A DNA stretch of 63,864 nucleotides, the filler included, from Rhabdomonas costata (taxonomy: Eukaryota): assembly GCA_019059605.1 (NCBI GenBank). It is 47 parts of 47 records of this genome, joined end to end, with 100 filler letters (N's around TTAATTAATTAA, not from the genome) between each part and the next. Parts side by side here need not be neighbours in the genome. Positions count along the whole stretch, not along the records: positions 10,893 to 12,153 come from JAHMHO010021523.1; positions 12,254 to 13,514 come from JAHMHO010021524.1; positions 13,615 to 14,875 come from JAHMHO010021525.1; positions 14,976 to 16,236 come from JAHMHO010021526.1; positions 16,337 to 17,597 come from JAHMHO010021527.1; positions 17,698 to 18,957 come from JAHMHO010021528.1; positions 19,058 to 20,317 come from JAHMHO010021529.1; positions 20,418 to 21,678 come from JAHMHO010021530.1; 39 more parts are not named here. One strand, 5' to 3'. A program made the position numbers and the translations under genes. The stretch's first letter is position 1. Each line of letters starts with the position of its first letter. This document shows, in pieces, positions 11,006-24,124 of the stretch. The notes beneath the pieces were generated by a model, which was given only the letters and a program-made list of their open reading frames with translations, was not told the origin of the DNA and searched no databases.

Positions 11006-11904
11006 CGTTGCTGTGGATGTCACAGTCCACCACAGGGCAGGCGCCAGGCTTCACGGTGAGGCCGTGCTGCTTGGAGTGGTGCAGTGTACACCTAAAAAGT
11101 GGAAGGATGGACCACCACTGCGGAGTCTTGTGCAGCCGTGGAGTGGAGGTGTTAAGTTAAGGCCAGCGATAAATTTCGATAATCCAGGGCCGGGAAGCTC
11201 AGGCTTGAGATCTGCCCCCCGATGGGGTCCACCGTTGGCTTTCACGAGTCAAACAATACTGTCATGTTTTAAATAACCCTTTTCAAGTTGATTTCGCAAA
11301 AGTATTAAACCAGTTTTTTGCTAACACTGGTACCTTACCACTCCCCCCCTCACACACACACACTTGCATTGGGCCCACCGGGGCCGGGGGGTCCTTAAGC
11401 GCCTCAAAAACAACTACACTCAAGCCAGCACCTGCCCAACTTGAAAACACTCTCAGTTTACCCAGGAACAGGAGCAATTCGTTCGGCGCACTGTTGCTAC
11501 CGTTCTGTGGAGGATTTTAGCGGCTTCGCTTGATGAAAAAAGAATAGGCAAGTGCAGGGCTTCAGGCAAAGATCACCACGTAACCACCGCAGAAAACCGG
11601 AAACAGCGAAGAGGAAAAGCATGCGTGTGCACGCGGTGAGTGTGGCGTGATGCCTTCGCAGGACAATCGGCACCGCCCCAGTGCACACCACGACGCACGA
11701 CAGGTTCGCCGAGGACACGTCGCAGTCCTGCAGCAACGCCGGCCCAACGGCAGCGGGTTCCACAGCCTTCGCCGCCACAAGGGAGGAGGCATTCCTAGAA
11801 TCCTCCGCGGCCGCGCTGCCGTTGCAGTGGAGCTGCGGAGAACCCGTGCTGTCTTTGGTCCCCTCAGGAGGATCCACACGAACTGCAGGGAAGAACTTGC
11901 AGAG
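11006..11904 (-). CDS. Right-handed beta-helix (PbH1, FBXO11-like) protein; exons about 11904-11654 and 11091-11006
   Basis: Splices to LQDCDVSSANLSCVVVCTGAVPIVLR|RCTLHHSKQHGLTVKPGACPVVDCDIHSN through a GC-AG intron. Confidence 0.7.
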
Positions 11905-14900
11905 CTGAACCACGCGAATTCCTGCGTCAAACGCAAAAAGGTGAACTTAAGGGAAGCACACGAACACTCTGCACCTTACACGGCCTTGTCCTTTCTTCCT
12001 AAGAAGATAGTAGTAATCATGTGATGAGATTGAACGAAAATTTAATGGATATTCTTATTTAATCATAAATCAACAGCGATCGCTTTTATTATAATGGCAG
12101 CATCGCCCCTGCCGGGGCACGGGAAAGTTACTAACATAAGCCTAGCCCAACAGNNNNNNNNNNNNNNNNNNNNNNNNNNNNNNNNNNNNNNNNNNNNTTA
12201 ATTAATTAANNNNNNNNNNNNNNNNNNNNNNNNNNNNNNNNNNNNNNNNNNNNGTTGGGGTTGGCTTTCGCTCCACTTCGCTTTCCCACCACCACTGCGT
12301 GCGTCTCAGGTTTGGGGCAGCTTTTCTTTCATCATCGGTTCCTTCATGAGCGAGTGAGTGAGTGCGTGAGTGAGTGGTTCCTTTCCGTCTTTCCATCGCA
12401 CAAATATTCACAAACGCGAACAAACAAACACAACTGTCCCTAAGTCAAAGGAGAAAACCCATCTCACGCAATCCGGTAAAGGAGCTAAAAGCTCAAAAGC
12501 TCAAATTATCTGCCCTCGCCATACACCGCCATTCCCTCACCCACTCACAAAGACAACAGTGCAACTCAACGATTCGCATCCATCACTACAGCAAACAGTC
12601 CGCGAGACAAAAATAGGCCTGACCCCAGAACAGAACGGCCCCCCACCCTTCTACAATTCAATACTGCTTTTCGCTCATCAGTGTGAAGCACACCGACTGC
12701 ACACGGGGAAGGACGGGCTGTCTGGCGAGGCGCACTCCTTCCCGCAGCTCGGGTTGCCACACTTGCGGGCGGCCAGCACTGGGGGCACCTCCAGCTCTGC
12801 CGCCAGTGGCGCAGGAGTGGACTGGACATCTCAGGGAGCCTCTGGGGCAGCTTGGGGATGGGGGTTGGTGCCCACGCCAGCAGGTGGGTACTACTACTGG
12901 CCCATCGCGCCCGCAGCGCCAACAACTTCTGCTGCTGCTGCGACAGCACCATCTCATGGAGCCTCCCTTGGAGAAGCGCACCCTCCGACCCAACCCCTAA
13001 CTGGTGCTGTGGCAGCTGCAGTCTCTCGGACTGAGGGGAAGGTACCCACTCAACCCCGTCCCCCATTGCCTGGGGAGAGCAGTGCTCCGGCCCCAAAGCA
13101 GCCCTTGGTGTAGGAAGAGCGCAAAGGGCGGGTTGCTGGCTGTACCTGCTGCGGATGAGTTGGATTGTCAGATCCAGCAGTACCTCTTCTTTTGTGGAGA
13201 GGATTGTGGATGAGACGAGTTGAAGAATGGGCTGACTCACAAGACAGGTCCCTGCCCTCCTTTTCTTTGCATACTCTGACCGTGCTGTTAATCGCTAATC
13301 AATTTCATTAAAGAGGGCGAAGCGGAGACACTGGGGGGGACCCGTCTGTTCGATGTTCCGTCGTTGCAGCCGAACTTTCTGAAATCTGTTATTGTTTTCG
13401 TGTTTCCCCGCATGCTCGCGCGCACGCGCCCAAATAAGGACACTTCTTCAGCGAAGCAAACCTGCACAGAAATAAACGACAGTAAACAGTCCCTGTCCCT
13501 GGTCAACCAACAAANNNNNNNNNNNNNNNNNNNNNNNNNNNNNNNNNNNNNNNNNNNNTTAATTAATTAANNNNNNNNNNNNNNNNNNNNNNNNNNNNNN
13601 NNNNNNNNNNNNNNTGTTGTTGGGGAACTCAAATGTCAATGTCAATTCAAAAGTTCAACGTAAGAAGTTCAAATTACAATGTTACAACCGTAGAAAAGAA
13701 ATCAAAAATCTCTGAAAACGGGGCCAAAGTTAAAGCTCAGAGATCAAAGTTCAGTATGACCAGTGCAAAACTGCACTTCACTTCACTTCACTTCACTTCA
13801 TAGTTCAACGCAATCCTGCACAGGGCATTATCGCTCTCAATGGTGACTCTTCTGGCACACGAGTCTATGGAGTTCCCTGCAACAATGGTGCGTGTTATCG
13901 GTGAGTATTCTCTTTTTTTCCCCTGCACTTGACGAATCCGATTTCTTGTTGTTTTGTTCCCCTAACTTGCCCCTCAGTTTCTGGAAAGACCAGAACACTG
14001 GACAGACTGGTGTTTGGAGTTACCAACATGCAAGAAAAGCGAGCAAGATCCACACCTTGCTCCCGTGGTTCCCAGACGAAGAGTTTTCCGTGGCGGTCCC
14101 CAGTGGCTAGCCTTTAGCATCAGCAGAACGGAAACACCGACACCACCAAAGCTGCAGTATCGCCACTCATCAATCAGTGAGGTGGATACCGCTCACATAT
14201 GTACCTTGTGCATTTTACGCAAATCAGGTCCACAGCAAAATGAACCATGATTCGAAAAAGCACACCCAAAAAACTTCAAAATAATGAGCAAAGGGTAAAG
14301 CACTGGTTCGGATGCCAGTTTCGGTTAGGCGTTGGGCTGAAGGCAATTCTGGCCCCACCCCAACCAGGCCAGCAGGTGCCTGGTTGGGGACAGAAGTTGC
14401 CGCGCTCGCACACTGCCCTGGGCAAAGCTGTTCTTGCGGGCTTCGGTCCTCATACCGACTCCGGGCAAGGACCCTCTTTCCTGGAGGCTAAGTTGTCATA
14501 CTCTGTCCATGGTGTCATCTGGATGCCATCAGTCAAAGACAGACACCACGCACGCAAACACACACCAGTGCCAACAACACCCTCGTGGTAGAGGTTCGGC
14601 AACCGTAAGAAGAAAACAGTGAACAAGGGACAAGAAGAAGTGCGACTCGGGAAGACGCTCCTGATGGAAGGTGCTACTCCGACGAATGTTATCATCTCCC
14701 CATCTCCTATTTGAATAGCGGCCCTTTCTCCCACAGCTTCTGGCTGCATCCCAGCTGTAGCCTTGATGTTAGCCGAATTGTGCCACCGCAGGGTGTGCTG
14801 ACTTTTGTTGGCCACATTACAGTAGAATACTCATCTCATAAGGAAAGCCAGGCCAATACTGGAACTCGACCACACNNNNNNNNNNNNNNNNNNNNNNNNN

Positions 14901-14975
14901 NNNNNNNNNNNNNNNNNNNTTAATTAATTAANNNNNNNNNNNNNNNNNNNNNNNNNNNNNNNNNNNNNNNNNNNN

Positions 14976-15297
14976 GGGGTGGTGTACCATTTGCAGAAGG
15001 AGAGCGGGATCGGGACCGTGAGCTCGAGCCAGAGCCCGAGCAGGACCCCGACCGAGACCTGGAACGGGAAGAAGCCTTTTCCGGAGCCGGTGGAGTTCCC
15101 GAGCGGGAGGACGCTTGGGAGCCCGGCCGGGACGCAGAGTCTGATTTTGTGCCGGACTTAGACCCTGAACGGGAACGCGAACGCGACCTGGACATCCGCC
15201 GGGAAGACCGAGAGGAATGGTGAGACCCCAAGCGTCTAGCGGATGAGAGGCCTGGGGGATCCTCGGTCTCTGAGCCCTCACCCTCCAAGGGGTGAGC
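14976..15297 (-). CDS. Arg/Ser-rich exon, protein unknown
   Basis: Polypyrimidine tract and CAG acceptor, then an open frame with repeated SRSRSRS. Confidence 0.6.
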
Positions 15298-16701
15298 CTG
15301 AATAAAGGAAGGGGAGAAACAAAAGTGGAGGAGACGCGGAATGGATGTTACCTGTTATCCGACACTATCGGACGGAAAGTTAACGACGAGTAGTTCATGC
15401 CATGGTGCGCCAGGGCACGGTTGGAGGAGAACCAGCTCGATGTGAAACAGAACCTCAACTGATAAATCAGTCCTCAATATAACTGGCCCAAGAAAGGACG
15501 CGAACCCTATAGGGCAAGTTAACCAAGAGAAGAGAAGAAAGTCTCAGAAGCGAAGCTAAGGCGCAATCACATCTACACCCATTCTCGATCATCGCGGAGT
15601 TAGTAGCTCACGCACGAGTACAATCTAGGCAAAGGTCCGAGCTCTGGTCAAACCCCCCGGCAAATGAGCTTTGCATTGTCATGAAATTCACCTATGCACT
15701 CACCTCACGTTGGGCCATTCTACGGAGACCCTCCACTGCGTCAGCTTATTTTCCTCAGTTCGCAAGGCGGCAGCGATGCCGACCCCCAGCTCCATACACT
15801 AGAGACATGACAGCCAATCAAAAACGTGAGAGCTGTGGAAGGAAAGACGGGACCACGAGATTAAACCGCTGTATTCAAAAACAAGGACAAGGACGCTGTC
15901 CAGCAACTGCGAAGGGCATCCTGAAAAGATACAGCGACGAAGCCTCGAGCTAACAAAGCACCACATCGGTGCTCGCAACCTTTCCGCGTCTTTCTCATTT
16001 CCATTGGTTAAAATTTCGTCTTGCTGGACGAAGGGCGGACGAATGAGACCAGTTAATTTTTGGACGAAGCCAGGTGCAACCTAGCTTCATTCTAAATCGT
16101 TCAGCAACATCATACAAATTCACCCCAATAAAAACCTCTGACCGCATTTTACAACTTTCAAAGTGAATCTAGAAGATGATGGGGCATTGCCAAGGCGTAA
16201 CGCTACATGTTAGCTAGTTCCAAGCGACAACCAACCNNNNNNNNNNNNNNNNNNNNNNNNNNNNNNNNNNNNNNNNNNNNTTAATTAATTAANNNNNNNN
16301 NNNNNNNNNNNNNNNNNNNNNNNNNNNNNNNNNNNNGGTGGGTGGGTGTTGTGTTGGGCGCCATTGTGCGCTGGCTGTTTTCTGATTGACTATTGGTGAC
16401 CACTGTGGACTGACGGGCGCACACTGTTGGCCACGGGCGCTCGCGAGCTCGCGAGAGGTACCGTGGGAACGGGCTCACACGAAAATTCCACACTTGATGT
16501 GTGCGTCTGTGCGTGTTTGTTTTTTGTGTACCGTATGTGTGTTTGAGCGCGTTTCAAATCCGACGCAAACCCCTTTTCATCCAAAGGCAATCAATACTCC
16601 GGCAATAATTGTTTGCGTGAGGGGTAAAACTAGTAAACCTGACATAGGCGTGCTAAAGGGGCAGGGGCACGGATGAGGAGGGTCCTGAGGTTAAAACAAA
16701 C

Positions 16702-17007
16702 CTCAGTGAGATTGCCCAGGCACAGGCCTTGCCCGGCCAGGCACACTAGGGCCCCCCCGGACAATGCAGAGCTGAAGCTCAGCCGCAGCGCAGGCACAGA
16801 GCGGCGGAGCGGGGGAGGCCCAAGACCCACCCCGGACACCACAGGCACCCGACGACGGGTGTCCACCACCCTCAGCCACGGCAGAGCCGCCTCCGCAGAA
16901 AGGGGCTCCGCGGCAAACCCGTCACACACCGCGGAGAAGGTGTACTGCGAGGGCAACCGCAGGGCAGCGGTGGAGCGGTCCAGCACACAGCTCACCGCGT
17001 CGTCCGT
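16702..17007 (-). CDS. Putative 306-nt exon, unknown protein
   Basis: GC-rich open frame bounded by CAG and GTTTGT, phase 0-0. Confidence 0.5.
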
Positions 17008-19354
17008 CTGCCAGGATACCTTTATGTGTGGGGGGGGTCCTGCATATGTGGTGAGGTGTGCGGAGCGAAGCCACCCCCACCCCCAAGTGCAGCGGAAATC
17101 AGTGGGTGGCGCGTGTTCCCCCCTGAGGCCATGCGATCAGCAATGCCTACGTCAAAGGTTTGTACGTTCAGGAAAGTCCAATGGAACACTTCCTCGCCTC
17201 CCATTCCGAAAAGAGGGAAATGGTTTTGGAAAGGAATGCATGTCGTTTCCAAGTCTGAGTCTGGAACCCGCCCCCTTTGCGTGAGGAAGTTCGTGTGCCT
17301 GAGCACCACAGCTGGAATTCAAAGGGATCCGAGAGAAATAATGATGAAGACGGCAGAGTTGCGTAGAAATTAGTTAGAAGGCATCCGCAATCGTTTGCAA
17401 ACGCTGAGAAATACTAGGCTGAACTGAACATCAGTGGCACGAGCAAACGCAGAATCTGCAACGTTGATAAAACGCATGCGACTGCAAAAACGCAGCCGCC
17501 ACCGCACCTGCCACTGGCTTCGACCCTGGTGATCCGGACAGATACCAACGGAATTAGTGCTGTACGAGAGCAGAGGTACCAAAATGCCAAAAACACANNN
17601 NNNNNNNNNNNNNNNNNNNNNNNNNNNNNNNNNNNNNNNNNTTAATTAATTAANNNNNNNNNNNNNNNNNNNNNNNNNNNNNNNNNNNNNNNNNNNNGGT
17701 TTGTGTGCCTGTGAATTTGTTTTGCTTTTCTTTGAACGATGCGGTGATAGCTACCGAAGGTTGTTTTTCTTGTTGCAAAGTTGGCAGAGTGAGGTTTTGG
17801 GCGCCAACGCGGCCGGTTGTCCTTTCGCATCGCATTCATAAGCAAGGTGAGCACTTTTTTGTCCTGCATCCGTTGAAGCTATGAATTCATTTCAGGAAAT
17901 TCGGTATGGTCCTCAATGAATTCCGGAATTTCCTGTTTGCCCTTCCATGTCCTAATGGCCTGGTTCATATGCTGTGTGGTCTGATGCATTGGTTGTTGCT
18001 TCAAAAAGGTGGTCTTCCTCTGCGAGGGGCTGTTCAAGATTTGTGCGGCTGTGGCGGACACAAGGGCTGCGTTCGCTCGTCAGTGGGTGTTTTCTGTACT
18101 TGTGGTGTGAACGGGGACTGACGTGCTTTACATTCCTGCGCGACTCGAGGTATATGGAGGGCTGAAAGAGCAAATAACTAGAAGGGTTAAGGTGACGTAG
18201 ATGCCCCCCGAAGGAGGGTGATTTGCTGGGTCCAAATGAGGGGTGATTGCTGCCGTTCTTGTTGAGCGGACTGAGGTGGGTTGAGGCCCTCCATTTAGGA
18301 GTCTTTGAGAAGGGCATTGTGAGGTCTTACACCGGGGTCTTCTGCAACGGATGGGATTTCGTTGCGTTGTCTGCGTGCCGTTCGGTCAATGGAAAAGCTG
18401 CGCGCCTTTCCCACGTCTTACTCCACAATAACCTGCATTTTGCATAACAACAACATGCTGTTTGGGTGTGTGGATGCGACGAGTCACTCACACATTTTGT
18501 GTCTGGTGTGCACCTGCCAGTTCTGAGCTGGTAACCCTGCGGCAACTCTTCTGCATTTTTTTGTGGAGAATGGGCCGGTGGGTAATGGGTGGTGGTGTTT
18601 CCGCGTTTCAGCGCTCTGAATTTTCTTTGCATCCGGATAAAGAATGCAGTGGATACACCATGATTAGCAGTGACGATTACGTGACGCAGATATTGGCGTT
18701 CCCCTCCAGCCAGCCCGTCTTCACGTCAAGCGATTCATATGAGGAAGCCTTCATTCGTGAATCGTGATTATTCGGTCTTCGGTTTTTCCACCCAACCAGG
18801 TACGCCACTTTTCGACGTCAGTTTTTCTTCACCTTGCCTGCAAACTCCGCACTCTTGCCCTCTCGGAACGATGCCGGTTACCATGCAGAAGACCCGACGT
18901 AACACCTCAGAATGCTGATGCCCCCCCCCAACAACTCCTGCCTGGATCACCACACACNNNNNNNNNNNNNNNNNNNNNNNNNNNNNNNNNNNNNNNNNNN
19001 NTTAATTAATTAANNNNNNNNNNNNNNNNNNNNNNNNNNNNNNNNNNNNNNNNNNNNATGTTGAGTGTGTTTGGGGGTTTGGTGCGTAGTTTCATTTTAG
19101 ATTTTCCTTTGCGCTTATGCCAATGCGAAAAGGGGAGAACCCTGCCTTGTGCTCTGCCTCGTTAACCTGGGGTTGAGAAAAGCGCGGAGCCACACCTTTG
19201 CCATGGGCAGCGGGAACGTACGCAGGCTGGGTCATCGGAGGTGGGGTTGGCCCACTGCCACTTGGCAAGGACCTGAGGACGGGTTTCACAGAAGTTGAAA
19301 GACAAACTTGCAAACCTCACTTGCCATTGCACATCCCTCCCCACCACACACCAC

Positions 19355-20317
19355 TAGGTACGAAGCATGGTCATAGGTCATGCGGAATAGTAAGCAGAAG
19401 AAAAGGGGCATGCGAGGTACCGAGCATGCGGAGTAGAAAGACATTAGGTGTCACTCCTTCGGAATTCTGCCTCAGTCGTCCAGGCGTAGCCACAGCCAAT
19501 AACCCTCAATTTAGTATGAGGGATGGCATCAGGGCAGGATATGGCATCACGATACGGCACGTAGTAGTAAGCGTAAGGATGGGAGGAAGCGCGCAGCGGA
19601 GGAGTAGGGAGCATGCGGAGGGTAGTGAAGCATGCGAAAGGCAGGGTGAGGGCCTATTTCACCATCATACCCACTATCATCATCCACACATCCCCACCAT
19701 CACCCTTACATCCTGGCCACCTCACCCATCATCAACACACTCAGCCATCATGCATCCATGACACAAAGCATGCGTCTGAGCGCAGCGACGGAGTCACGCG
19801 TAGTAGGACGTAGAATCATAGCTTAGGAAGTGCAGTAGTCATGCTGAGGGTTCACCGTTACTGACAACCCCTCAACTCACAAACTCAATCACCAGCATCA
19901 ACGTAGGGGTCATGAATCGCACCACCATCAACATCATCAGACCCTAGGATACCGGCATCATCGTAAGCATATGTATGGTCACCATCATCGCCACTTCAAC
20001 CCCTCCATTCTTCAACACTCCACACCAACATCACCAGCATCAGTTCCGTGATTCCACTACCATCGATGCGTCTGAGTCAGAGATACACGTAAATGCATCA
20101 TAGTCAGGAATACGATGGATGGTACCGGTTGACTGAAGCGCAGAACTCACGCTATCAAGGTCAGGAGTAGCAGAAGTCACATAAAGAGGCGTGGGTACAG
20201 CATAGAGGTCGACAGTCACATACAGGGTCACACGGTAGCAAGAGTCACACATCTGCAGATGGTTCACACACACACCAAGCATCACTATCAGAGCCAACAC
20301 ACCACACACCACCAACA
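19355..20317 (-). other. Compositionally distinct segment, possibly diplonemid-type mitochondrial DNA with a cox2-like module at the contig end
   Basis: Alternating AG-rich and AC-rich tracts and recurring GCATGCG. Hydrophobic frame VLALIVMLGVCVNHLQMCDSCYRVTLYVTVDLYAV. Confidence 0.25.
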
Positions 20318-22132
20318 NNNNNNNNNNNNNNNNNNNNNNNNNNNNNNNNNNNNNNNNNNNNTTAATTAATTAANNNNNNNNNNNNNNNNNNNNNNNNNNN
20401 NNNNNNNNNNNNNNNNNGAAAACCACGCCGCCTGATTTTGAGACGTTGGTTGGCGGTTGGGATTTTGGAAGCTGAAAGGGGTAAAAGAAAGCCAAGATGA
20501 ATTTACAACTGAAGCATTGGAAAACTTTCAGAAAAGCAAAAGCTTTGATAGCGATTGATTCTAAACACTAACGGTTGATTTGGGGAACACCGTAGGAATT
20601 TTCCATCAAATTTCAGCGATAGACTTGCCTTTTAAATAAAACTAAAGCCTGTCAGGGTAAAACCCGCAACACTGTACCAAACAGGGCCGCAATCGGATGA
20701 GTGGATGAGAAGCGCAATGTAAAGCAAGAGGAATCGAACCAAGGAACACTGCGCCGCACGAGTGTGGGGAAATAAACAGCCTGTCAAAAGAACTCTGCTG
20801 TGGGCAGGGGGCCGTGCGGAGCAGCCCCCACGGATTTCCGTGCGGAGCGGGGTCCGTAACACACAACAGGTAAGCAAATTTCGTGGGGAAAAGATAGAAT
20901 ATCGGGAGGAACTGGTGGAGGGCACGATCTGATCCAAAAGGGGTTTTTATGTGGGCAGAAGCCAATGCGTAAGAAGGATGCGTTATGGTAATGCACAAAT
21001 TACTGAGGCATTATTGGGATATGAGATGCCGCCTTAACAGAGATTGAGACTGAGCTCTGTGTTCTGAGCGGCCACAACAGTTTTGTAGTAGAAAGAAAAA
21101 GGTGACAGATTGGTGAGCCAGACAAGATTTTTGTAGTAGCGTGGTAGCTTGGTTAGTCTCAGAAGTTGGTAAGGAGCTCAGGGGAGATCGTTTCAAGAGC
21201 AGAGATCCGTTGAGGCTTTGAAGGTGTTCAGGAAATTCGCAAATCTGTGCGAGAGCATTAGAAAAGCGAGTTAGAAGCAGGCAGTTAGAAAGGGCAGATT
21301 TTGGGAGAAGGCAGTGGTGAAGAACAAAGGCCATCGGAGAAGCAAGTGTGGAAAGCATGTTTCTCAAAGCAGATGTTTCAGAAAGAGAGTTTTAGGAGCA
21401 GAGGCTGTCAAGCTGAAGCTTTGATCAGAGTGCTGGCAGTGAAAGCGGCGGGTTGAGACAGCAAGTCCCCGCGCCCAGCTCTAGTTGAGGAGAATGCCTT
21501 GGAAAAGCGCAGTGGGACCCCGGTGCTGGAGGGCAAGCATACGAGAAGAACGACGAGACGAGAAGCTTAAAAAGAACAACCCCGCGAGAGGAGAGGCAGC
21601 CCGAAGCCGAGGTCAGCGCAGATGAAAGGAAGGCAGGGCAAAGAGAAAAGATAAGAGCAGCCCGAGCCAAAAACCACANNNNNNNNNNNNNNNNNNNNNN
21701 NNNNNNNNNNNNNNNNNNNNNNTTAATTAATTAANNNNNNNNNNNNNNNNNNNNNNNNNNNNNNNNNNNNNNNNNNNNGGGGGTTGGTGGGACTGACCTA
21801 TTGCATGAAAAGATGAACTCGGAACCCATGAAAAGAAACATAAAGATACGTGATCCATTGAGGTCCTGTGAACGCTGTAAAATGCCGCTAGGCTGCACCT
21901 ATACATATGAGATGTTTCAAACAATCTCATGATACAGAAGGCTACAAAAAAAACGCTTCGTTTGTCAATTGCTCGAAAATTCATCTGAGCGGAGCATTCA
22001 TTGCACTGTCGAACACATATGCACTACAACAGTCACCAGATGGGTCTGGCGCGGTCAAAATGCTTGCAACAGCAACAGAGTGGGCACATGGGAAAAATGG
22101 AATGGGTGGGGCTTGAAAGCCTGAGTGAGCAC

Positions 22133-23007
22133 CTCAAACGGCACAAAGGGGGGTGCCGACTCGACCCCGCCACGGCAACCCCGGGACACTCCTCCGCTCT
22201 GCTCAAATTCCTGAGCGAGTGAGAGTTGGCCAACGATAAAAGGCATACCGCTCCAGCGCATGACAAAACAAATTGGACATGAGAAAAGTTGAACAGCCGC
22301 CTTTTTGAGACTAACGAAAGTACAGAGCCTAATAATCTAATTAATCGCGTTCGAGCTGACATGCATATTAGTCGTAGTGACATATTAGAAAAGCTACACA
22401 ATATGGGAAGCCAATGAACCAAATTGAAACGCAGCGAAATTTGCCGAGTGAGATGGCCTGAGCAGAGGGATGGTACGCGAACTGAGCGAGACCACCTTTT
22501 GCAGATTGTACTCCTGGGAGAGAGCCTCCACGGACCCGCCAAGGCTTTCAAACGAGGAGTCTGTGAACAGTGTGTAACTTAATCACACGGCTGTAAGACT
22601 CAGCAGTTCACGCCTCCAGCGTGCCCCCGCCCGCGTATTTTCAGCGAATACACCCATTCCGAGTAATAACCAACCGCAACCCTCACGTACAAGCACATAA
22701 GTCGTTGCTGGCACATAGGCGTGCAGGTGGGCCCACGGTGTGCCAGCCTACCGGCACACAGCCCGGCCAGTTCTTTCTCTTATCAAAGTCCAAGCCCGAT
22801 TTAAAGCCAGTGCCAAAAGGTCCTTACAAGCCTGTGTAAATGCAAAAAGGGCTCAAAAACACCCCAAAATGACCCTTCAATGGCCTCGTGCGTGGCTCTA
22901 AACCGAAGCATTCCAGCCCACTCCGGTGCCAGCATGAAGTTCTCCTGCGGTCTACCATTAGGGTTGCTATGCAGGCCCGGCCGAAAGCTTAGGCTGAGTA
23001 TGCAGGC
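22133..23007 (-). CDS. Three in-phase exons of an unrecognised protein (23007-22874, 22544-22496, 22210-22133)
   Basis: AG/GT boundaries join into one stop-free frame. Confidence 0.5.
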
Positions 23008-23696
23008 CTGCAAAGGTCCGAAAAGTGCACCCCCACCACNNNNNNNNNNNNNNNNNNNNNNNNNNNNNNNNNNNNNNNNNNNNTTAATTAATTAANNNNN
23101 NNNNNNNNNNNNNNNNNNNNNNNNNNNNNNNNNNNNNNNTGTGTTGGCTGTGCTGGTGGTGGAAGCTCGCGAACTGGTTCTGCAGCGGTGGCCTGAACAC
23201 CTGCCGATGTGGCAGATGCATGCGGGCAGCGAAGCTCCCGCCTTAAGGCGGTGACAGCGAGTTGTAGCAAGACGTTGTCAGGCGGTTGGGTGCGGGAAAG
23301 AGCCCGCTATAGGGACAACTTCTTCGTGGTAATGCCGCGTGCAAGGACTGCCGCTGAGCGAGTGAGGACTGCGGCTACGGCTGATGCCCGTTAGCTTTGA
23401 GCGGGCAGGCAAAGTAGCGCGGTGCCTGGAACTGCGACTGGACTGGAGGAAACCCGCGGTGAAGGCAACCTTGGTGCATCGGTCAAATTCTGATCGCCAG
23501 GGCAAGAGCGGCGACCTGAGAACCTGGCAAGAGGGGCGGGATCCACCTGCGCCTGCTCTGATGCTGCTGGCTGGGTTGGCGCCTGCGGTACTTGGACCAT
23601 GGGCTAGAAGCGGACAAATGTCCAGCCCCACGGGCGGTGATGCAGCAAGCACCGCCGGTTAAGGACGCAACGAAAAGAAGTCAGGGAGGCACGCAC

Positions 23697-24124
23697 CAGC
23701 ACATAGTCCACGTTATTCGTAATCTGAGAGCCGCAGCTAAGAATCAGCTCCAGCAGCTCCCGCTGGCCAGCCTCCAGGGTGGTGTCCCCCAGCAGAGTGC
23801 AACACGCCAGCAGGGCGTTGAGCGGAGTGCGAACCTAAAATAAAGCGTTCAGTGGAGTCCGGGCCTGTGGCAGTCAGCCGAGATACAGCCTAGAAATCTC
23901 CAGACCCCTATGCACACACAATACGCTCATCACAAACAGAAGAAGAAGAAGAAGGCAAGAAAACGCACGGAAAACTCAAACATGGAATTTAGCCGCAGTA
24001 AAAGTGCAGACAAAAATGCACCTCGTGGGCCAGGGTGGACACACAGCCAGCCTTGGTTTTCAGTGCAGTCATTTCGAGCTCAAGCTGAGCGATTCGGTGC
24101 TGAAGTTGTTCCGCAGTTTCCGAA
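23697..24124 (-). CDS. Two-component histidine kinase, HisKA domain; exons 24124-24022 and 23834-23697
   Basis: Coiled coil followed by STLAHE|VRTPLNALLACCTLLGDTTLEAGQRELLELILSCG (H-box HE.RTPLN). Phase-0 GT-AG intron. Confidence 0.88.

Noticed and set aside
12370-13240. Overlapping long ORFs on both strands
   Set aside because: GC-rich low-complexity sequence. Part may be an exon, but frame and product cannot be determined.
14996-15230. Plus-strand (ERDRD)n acidic/basic frame
   Set aside because: It is the antisense mirror of the RS-rich exon; splice signals support the minus strand.
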